A stretch of DNA of 39,862 nt from Macrostomum lignano (taxonomy: Eukaryota): the NCBI GenBank assembly GCA_002269645.1, contig NIVC01004175.1:59044-98905 (forward strand), given 5' to 3'. A program made the position numbers and the translations under genes. Below the pieces are notes generated by a model. It was not told the DNA's origin. It made no database searches and was given only the letters and a program-made list of their open reading frames with translations. Shown piece after piece: positions 31,002 to 39,862 of the stretch (its first letter is position 1; each line of letters begins with the position of its first letter).

Positions 31002-33696
31002 CTGCCAGTTTAATGGAGGGGGGGGGGGTTTCGTGTTGGAGAGTCGTCAACTATCTTGGATTAGTCTCCTTAAGAATCCTCTGAGAAAGCATAAGATTGA
31101 ACTCCCTATTATGAGATTTTACTGGGTTACTTACGTAATAAGTTGCTTCTCCTAACTGTGCTTCCCCAGGGAAAGCCCTGAAAATTCGAGCACATGCTAC
31201 ACTTATCACTTGAGTATTATGATCTTATTATGGTTGTTAACTTCACCGCACCGCAAATCAATGGCTAGGCTAGTAAACTTAGACTAAATTAGATTTTGTA
31301 GCTCGCACTACCAGCATGATGATACAAGATTCGGCAGCTAGGGCTATAGGCATGGAATTATTTTTAAGAAAATTTTTCTTCCTTAACACGGCAACCTTCG
31401 CTATCGAATGCTGGCGTTGTTTTTCTAGGATCCATAGTCTATTCGTGTTGCTTGTCGCTGCAACGGGGCCGCCCCTCCGATGGGTCGGTCGGGTTGGGTT
31501 GTAATTGCATCAAGAAAGAATGGCCAAATCGCTTTATAGAGGATGCAGCTAGTCTGGTCTTCTTGCCATCGTTGAAAGAATTTGCCTTGGGGGCTGCGTG
31601 GGAAGAAGTGGCGTCTAGAGAGGGAGAGAGAGATTAAGGAGGTCGAAACAGTGATGGGCACTCCCGGGCTGGCGTCTCAGCTGGCTCGCCTTCCCAATGT
31701 TAATTCTTCGATCGGTTTTTTCTAGCCGAGCTGCAGCAGCAGAGGTTTTGCGAAACTCTCATTATTTGCGCGAATCTTTTTAAAGAATCAGATTCAGCTT
31801 ATATGTATCCGATTTCTTGCCTGTCAGATTGCGTTGAGGACTGCCACGCATTGCACTGCGTGCTATCGTATGCGTTACATCCTGTGGTTATTCTATCTTT
31901 TTGGGGGTGCAGTTTCATTTGGGGCTGACTGAAGGGATGGATAAGCAGGTTCAGGGACTGGAAAAGTAGAAAGGCAGATTCTATTGTTGGAGCGGAAGAG
32001 GCAGTGAAATTATACTTCCGAACTTCTTCTAGAGGACTTGTGGAAATTAGTTTGCCATTTTAACTAATTAAATCCCCAATTACCATGTTGAGTCTACTAG
32101 TCATACCAGTCATATTTCATAAATTGGCACCTTAAAGCCAAGAAACAAACGTGATTTAAGACAAAAGCATCACTTTGAAACATGCGCAGGCAAGTAAAAT
32201 AATTCACATGCTTGTCATCATGTAGCAGTAAATGTATCCTGTATTGAGGTAAAATTCATTTCACGCCTTTTCCGGAAGAAAGTGTAAAAGCGTGGCGTAC
32301 AATTCGATACTATAGAAAGCTTCAATAGCGCTTCTGGGCCTAATTAGATTCACTATCATACTAGTATTGCACAGATAGTTCAAGCTGCTGTGGGTTTTTG
32401 CAGCTAAGTTGGTAGCAAGCTCCGCTTGCGAGCCCTGGATTCTGGGACAGATTGAGAGTCGGTGCAGTATGATAGAAGCAAGTGATACAATTCTTAAAAA
32501 AGACAGAACAAGAGAGGATTGGGGATAAAGAAAAGAGACACAAGCAGTTTGAGTTGATTGCAAACTCAATTTCCACACGGAATTATTAAATTGAGCTGCC
32601 GAGTTTGAGAGCCTCAGCTGAGCCAGCAGAATTTTTCGGCGCTTACTTGAGGTAAAGAGAATAACAAATAAGAGAAGAGCTCAGTTAGTTTGAAGTCTTC
32701 GTCTCTCGAGAGGCTTTTGGCGAACACGCACGGACCATCAGAGTCAATCAGGGCAGAACGGCACAGTTCCACTGTCCGCTTCATTTTTTCTTTGAATATA
32801 ACTTTGCTAACTTCTGATTGAAATAATTGAAAAAAGACTTCATAATTCGCCTTCAGATATCAAGTTTAGTGATTAAAAAATCTCCAGATACTCCGGTTAG
32901 GCATTTATGCCCTGAGTATCAGAGATCCCTAGTCATTCGTCCCGACATGACCAGACAAGCTAGGCTAAGATCTTATTTTCAAGTTCATTCCCTCCCACAA
33001 ACTGCTGTGTGATCTGCAATTTTCAAGCCTTTTTGAAAAAGATTCCTTAGCAACACTAATCAGCAACCGAAAGCAGCGATCTTAGCTCATCTGGAGAGAA
33101 GAGAGAAAGTGCAAGCAAGGGCAAATTCGATCACCCTTCTCTCCCTCCCGCAAGCTACCCATCAATTTCAGTTTCGCATAATTGTCTAAATTATTGGGCT
33201 TTGCTACATGGCGGTCGAGAGAACTGGGCGAGAGAGTGGAGGCGAGTCAGACAGACAGAGATGCATGAAGTGATCGCTCTAGGAAGCGCATCGATTGAGA
33301 CCAAGTAAATATCTTGCTGGCTAGCCTGGTAGAGAAGGTCTCTGGCATAGTTTCTCCTTAGCATCTCTTCTACGAGTAGGAGGTAGTAGGAGAATGGAAC
33401 GACTGCAACATCAATGACTATCCAGAACAAGCGGTTTTGATCTGATTGCTCGAGTGGATTGGTTGCTGCATGTCAGTAAGTGCAACAGATAATTGGGGCT
33501 CTTGTACCACATTCTTATTAAACTGATTGGCTGCCGGTGCACTGCACAGTGAAGTGATACTGAAGTTTATTGAAGTGCGCTCCAAGCAAACGGTTGGGAC
33601 GAAACTAGATTCAGTTAAAATTGTTCATGTTGTCTGGAGTTTGCTGTCTGCTTGATACTGACAGTGTGTGAAAGATGCCTAGCTAAGAAAAAGAGG

Positions 33697-34529
33697 TTCC
33701 GAGCTGGGGGATAGATTCCGAGCTGGGGGATGGATTCCGAGCTGAGGGATGGATTCCGAGCTGGGGGATGGATTCCGAGCTGGGGGATGGATTCCGAGCT
33801 GGGGATAGATTCCGAGCTGAGGGATGGATTCCGAGCTGGGGGATGGATTCCGAGCTGAGGGATGGATTCCGAGCTGGGGGATGGATTCCGAGCTGGGGGA
33901 TGGATTCCGAGCTGAGGGATGGATTCCGAGCTGGGGGATAGATTCCGAGCTGGGGGATGGATTCCGAGCTGGGGGATGGATTCCGAGCTGGGGATAGATT
34001 CCGAGCTGGGGGATGGATTCCGAGCTGAGGGATGGATTCCGAGCTGGGGATAGATTCCGAGCTGAGGGATGGATTCCGAGCTGGGGATGAATTCCGAGCT
34101 GGGGGATGGATTCCGAGCTGGGGGATGGATTCCGAGCTGGGGATAGATTCCGAGCTGGGGGATGGATTCCGAGCTGGGGATAGATTCCGAGCTGAGGGAT
34201 GGATTCCGAGCTGGGGATAGATTCCGAGCTGAGGGATGGATTCCGAGCTGAGGGATGGATTCCGAGCTGGGGATAGATTCCGAGCTGAGGGGTGGATTCC
34301 GAGCTGGGGGATGGATTCCGAGCTGGGGGATGGATTCCGAGCTGGGGGATGGATTCCGAGCTGAGGGATGGATTCCGAGCTGGGGATAGATTCCGAGCTG
34401 GGGATGGATTCCGAGCTGGGGATAGATTCCGAGCTGAGGGATGGATTCCGAGCTGGGGATAGATTCCGAGCTGAGGGATGGATTCCGAGCTGAGGGATAG
34501 ATTCCGAGCTGGGGGATAGATTCCGAGCT
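33697..34529. repeat. 18/19-bp minisatellite GATTCCGAGCTG(G/A)GGGAT(G/A)
   Basis: Direct reading; GPCR intron 1. Confidence 0.97.
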
Positions 34530-34772
34530 AGAAGGAGAGATCCCGACCTGGTAAGATAGGATAGAATAGAATAGATTTTTAATTCGACGAGAGGCTCCGA
34601 TTCCTGTGAGCCCGAGACATTAATTTCAAATCAAACTGAGCGATGCCAAGTTAAAACCAGAGAGTTCAAGTTGGAGGGCAAAGCTCAGTTCGGGAATAAT
34701 GAGATTAAGAGCGAAAAAGAATGAGAATGTGAAGTGAGACTGATGGTTCCGCTATATACCGTAATAATTTAC

Positions 34773-34977
34773 CAACAATTTGAAACACAACGTCGGGCGG
34801 CACGGCCACTAGGCACTGTAGCAGCATAGCTGCGCACACAGAATTTGTGTAATAGTAGGTAACCGCGCGCAGCGACTTTTCGCGCCGCAATCCAGTCAAG
34901 AGGAGGCTGTTTAACGCTAGCGCTGCCGTCAGTATAGTGGCGCCGGCTGCCAGGGTGGCGGTTGCTGGCAGTGGCAT
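34773..34977 (-). CDS. Nested GPCR exon 1 (TM1-TM2); true start uncertain
   Basis: ALNSLLLTGLRREKSLRAVTYYY...LVAVPPDVVFQIVG; donor G|GTAAAT, phase 1. The four exons sum to 1716 nt (571 aa) from the ATG at 34977. Confidence 0.75.
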
Positions 34978-36105
34978 GGCTTGTGTCGGATACTTGATTT
35001 CAGCCGCTCTAGTACTGTGCAATGCTTCGGCTAGAGTGGATGCTTAGGCTGAACTACCGGTATACGGTTTCAATGCTTGATGGATTAATCTTGTTGGTTG
35101 GTTCCGAGGCTGCGAGTTTTAAGTAGTCATCAATATTAACGCTTGGCATTGTAGCTGGCCTCTGATTGGACTAAGCCCAGTGTCTACTTTAACCAGTGCT
35201 CATGAGCTATTGGCTGGTCTGTTGAAAACCAAATGATTTCGCCTCTGATAGATAGATTATAAATGTAGCGATTGCTTAAGAGCATCGGCAAAAGCTGAAG
35301 TAAGAGTGAGCATGATGTTCAAAAAAACACAAAAGTATCTCATTACTGATGCTATGGATCTGCAAAAAGTTCATGAAAAATACACTCGTATTATTAAGCT
35401 TAGCTTGATGCTTGAAAATTCGTTCTTGCATTGAAATCCTATATTTTCCTTTTCCGAAGGCCGAGAAAAACTGATATTCCTTTTCTTTATAAACACGAGA
35501 GACTGCGGTATCGAATGAATTGTAGAATGCCTTTTCAGTTCATGGGAACTGTCTTCCTCCAGTTGGCTTGCTGCTTTCAACTAAAAAACACTAGTGACTA
35601 AGAGGACGTACGTGTCGCGGCGCGTGACCCGCGTGATGCGTGTACAGGTACAAGGCGTATCCGCGGATGAAAATAGGATTTCTTAAAAGATGAAGGATGC
35701 TGGCATGGTGAAAGACCGGCATAGATTGATCTGGCAGTGACACTTCTAAAGAAACTAATGACCGAGATATTCCGAGAGCCTCTGCGTGCACATCTTTGGC
35801 GTGCTAGTGAGATTTTAAAAAGCTTGCAAATTCAACACATAAGTGCGTAGTCTTGCACTTTTGCTTGATCTGTGGCCTATTTCGAGTCTCGACTTTCTCC
35901 GGTAAAATACTCGTACCAAAGCTTAATTTAAATTTTCTGTAATAAACTAATTTTTTGTTAAAAAGTAAATGCAGATTTCACATCCCGAAATAGCATTTCT
36001 CAGACCTTCCCAGAGTAGTTCGGTCACTTGCTAATACCTGGTACATAATCTGTCAATGCTATACACAATTCAGGAAAATAAAAATTGTTTTACTATGGCC
36101 TATGC

Positions 36106-36262
36106 CAGGGCGTAGCCTGAGTGGGGGCAAGGGGGCCATGGCCCCCCACAATTATGGCGTCCCTTTGGTGCTTAAGCCCCCTGGTGCTAAAGCCACTTTG
36201 TTGCTAAAGCCTTCGCTATCGCCCGCGCTGGCACCCCGGGAAAAGTCTTGGCTACACCCCTG
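36106..36262. mobile_element. Small MITE with imperfect terminal inverted repeats
   Basis: CAGGGCGTAGCC ... GGCTACACCCCTG; internal palindrome GGGGGCCATGGCCCCC (36131-36146); flanks CCTATGC / CCTATAC. Confidence 0.65.
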
Positions 36263-36455
36263 CCTATACCGATATGTAGCCTACAGATGGATGCTGAAGA
36301 CAAAATGGTTACTGCCCTGCACTTGCTGCATGTTCTTCCAAAATGGTGCTCCTGATCAGTCCTCCCAATTTATTAATTCTGAGCTAGCTCACTGCCAGAT
36401 TGTAAAAAGGATCATTTCTAGCGTCAAACTCCCTATGATCCCCGAACCACACCAG

Positions 36456-37417
<962 letters not shown>

Positions 37418-37664
37418 TGATCATGTCAATAGCGTCTCCTGGGGTCTCCCAAGTTTCGTTGCGTTTTAGTTGATGTTTGCATCAAAAACCTCAATTGCCT
37501 GCGCCCTCTCTTGTATTTCTCAGTCTCCTTGACGTGTTCTAATTGTTTTCATAACTTTTTCCTGTTTCTTAATACTTTTTTATATAGACGCCTAATTAGT
37601 CAGTGTGCCATTGATTGACCTTTAATGTCTTGGGCGTTTTTGTGCTCATCAATCAATTCTGCAG

Positions 37665-37772
37665 GCTAGCAAAATGCTCGTCAACATGGAGGCTACGCAC
37701 TGCGCTCCTCTCAAGCCTGAACTGTTCACTCCGCCATGGTCTGATGTTAGCCTCGTGTCTGGCGCGGTGGCA

Positions 37773-37808
<36 letters not shown>

Positions 37809-37916
37809 GCTGCAGCGAAGGCAGCGACAGCGACGCCTCCTGGGAGCGTACTTGAACTTGAACATCTCGGAGACCTCTCGAACGCGTCCGAAATGTTTCT
37901 GCTTTGTGACCAGTAA
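37665..37916 (+). CDS. ABHD16A: ABHD16A exon 8 (catalytic His, poly-Ala tail)
   Basis: TGCAG| acceptor; ASKMLVNMEATHCAPL resembles ARKHLHNFEATHCTPL; (GCG)n poly-Ala; TAA at 37914-37916; AATAAA at 37934. Confidence 0.85.
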
Positions 37917-38254
37917 AAGTTTTTGAGTTTTACAATAAATGGATATCTGGCTAATTTATAATCTGCAAAGAACAGCGCCCTTATCAAACAGTTTTTTGTC
38001 CAATTTTCCAGACTATGACATTGTTTAATAGTTCTCAAGAGTTTATATCTAGTGCTGGCTACAGTGCAGCGCTATCTACTATGTTATATCGTGTGTACTA
38101 TTGTATGTATCTTTGAAATCCCCAAGATAGGGAAAACAAACGTATCTGTTTTCCTGTTGAATAGTAAAACTATAAATGAAAGTTTTTATCTGTTCTCTTT
38201 CAACTTTTTGTTTTGTTGATTTTAATTTTTTGCTTTTATTTAGTTTTCATCTTG

Positions 38255-38640
38255 AGGCAGGGAGAGGTGGGGGAAGGAAGGCAGGGAGAGGCGGGGGAAG
38301 GAAGGCAGGGAGAGGTGGGAGAAGAAAGGCAGGGAGAGGTGGGATGGCAGGGAGGGAGAGGCGGGGGAAGGAAGGCAGGGAGAGGTGGGGATGGCAGGGA
38401 GGGAGAGGCGGGGGAAGGAAGGCAGGGAGAGGCGGGAGAAGGAAGGCAGGGAGAGGCGGAGAAGGAAGGCAGGGAGAGGCGGGAAAAGGAAGGCAGGGAG
38501 AGGCGGGGGAAGGAAGGCAGGGAGAGGTGGGAGAAGGAAGGCAGGGAGAGGCGCGGGGAAGGAAGGCAGGGAGAGGTGGGAGAAGGAAGGCAGGGAGAGG
38601 CGGGGGAAGGAAGGCAGGGAGAGGAGGCGGAAGGCGGGGG
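38255..38640. repeat. 24-bp purine-rich minisatellite GCAGGGAGAGGCGGGGGAAGGAAG
   Basis: Direct reading; between ABHD16A and Rab21. Confidence 0.95.
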
Positions 38641-38781
38641 TAGGCAGTGAGAGCGGGGGGGCTCTATCTCTCTCGCTCAAAAGTAAAGGTTAGAAACGCT
38701 AGCAGGCGCAGGTCTATAGAGTCAGTGCAGCGGTGCCCAGCTCTCCCCGCTGACCCTGCAGCGATCGGTCACCAGTCAGGC

Positions 38782-39077
38782 ATGTCTATAGGCGCCGACA
38801 CGGCCAGCTTCAAGTTGGTGCTACTCGGCGAGGGCTGCGTTGGCAAAACTTCTCTGGTACTGCGCTACGCCGAGGGCAAGTTCAGCGGCAAGCACGTGAC
38901 GACTCTGCAGGCTTCGTTTCTGACCAAGCGGCTGAATTTGGGCGGCACCAGGGTGACGCTGAACATCTGGGACACGGCGGTCAGGAGCGCTTCCACGCGC
39001 TGGGCCCCATCTACTACAGGGACAGCCAAGGCGCTCTGCTGGTGTATGACGTCAGCGATGAGTCTTCGTTTCACAAG
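38782..39077 (+). CDS. RAB21: Rab21 exon 1; apparent 1-nt deletion at 38979
   Basis: FKLVLLGEGCVGKTSLVLRY, TTLQASFLTKRL, IWDTA(G)QERFHALGPIYYRDSQGALLVYD; the GEGCVGKT and QASF signatures match Rab21; donor AAG|GTTTAA. Confidence 0.92.
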
Positions 39078-39224
39078 GTTTAAGATGGCTTGGTAGCGCA
39101 CTGCTCTACTGCTTTGAGTAGCAATGCTGGGTTTTTGTGTTTATGATGGATCTACTTATGTTTCACTGTTTTGTTTAGCAAATTTTTAATGCAAAATTTT
39201 TTTTCTAAAACGCGTTTAGTAATG

Positions 39225-39369
39225 AGTTTATTAGCTAGTCTATTAATTCAGTTAATTAGTTCGTTTAGTTAGTTGGCCAGTTAGTTAGTTAGCTAGCTAG
39301 TTAGTTAGTTAGCTAGTTAGTTAGTTAGCTAGTTAGTTAGTTAGTTAGTTAGCTAGTTAGTTAGTTAGC

Positions 39370-39415
<46 letters not shown>

Positions 39416-39416
39416 T

Positions 39417-39453
<37 letters not shown>

Positions 39454-39560
39454 CAGTTAGTTAGTCAGTTAGTTAGTTAGTTAGTTACAGTACTTAGTTA
39501 GTTAGTTAAATAGTTGGTTAGTTGGTTGGTTAGTTAGCTAGCTAGTTAGTGAGCTAGTTA
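39225..39560. repeat. (GTTA)n microsatellite with GCTA variants
   Basis: Direct reading; Rab21 intron 1. Confidence 0.95.
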
Positions 39561-39801
39561 GATGATGATAATGATGAGCGAATGAAAAAAATTCGCGAAG
39601 TAAAAAGTTATGCTCACTATAGTCTACTGTTGCAGCAAGGGATTTAAGTAGGCAAGGAACGAGTTTGAATGCCGTTTTGTAGGAAACCACTAGTGGTTCT
39701 TTTCAACGTAAATTTCCAAATTTTAAGAAAAATTCGGAAATTCCCTAAGAATACTACTAGTACTACTACTGCTGACTATTTCTACTTTTATTCTTGTTCA
39801 G

Positions 39802-39862
39802 CGTGTGCAGCTGGTGAAGGAGCTTCGCAAAATCTGCGGCGACAGGTGTGCCTGTGCATCGT
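39802..39862 (+). CDS. RAB21: Rab21 exon 2, truncated by window end; apparent indels
   Basis: TTCTTGTTCAG| acceptor; VKELRKICGD then CLCIV in a shifted frame, matching Rab21 WVKELRKMLGNEICLCIV. Confidence 0.8.

Overview
Eukaryotic (animal) genomic DNA with spliceosomal introns, GC-rich exons and minisatellite-filled introns. This style fits a free-living flatworm such as Macrostomum, but that is inference only. The left part (1-18.9 kb) has no recognisable host gene. It holds the 3' end of an RNase H-bearing LINE abutting a decayed Ty3/Gypsy element, an (ATC)n microsatellite, a second near-complete Gypsy gag-pol lacking recognisable LTRs, an AT-rich tract with nine TAGGCCTA palindromes, and a probable non-autonomous Helitron (13060-17926). 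The Helitron carries a 3.5-kb 48-bp (2x24) satellite bracketed by two tRNA-like segments. The right part holds three same-strand genes: PLD6/Zucchini (2 exons), ABHD16A (8 exons) and Rab21 (runs off the window). A 4-exon 5-HT2-like GPCR lies antisense inside the 10.9-kb intron 6 of ABHD16A; it keeps the amine-binding residues but has lost the canonical activation motifs. Most larger introns carry their own minisatellite. The most interesting candidates are the Helitron/tRNA-like/satellite composite, the atypical nested receptor, a CTGA-N5-CTGA motif shared by three consecutive intronic arrays, and a possible trans-spliced operon. Frameshifts in ABHD16A and Rab21 are single missing G bases in G-runs and look like long-read errors. 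The very long ORFs in the supplied track over the repeats are treated as artefacts. All similarities are from recall of protein families; no searches were run.
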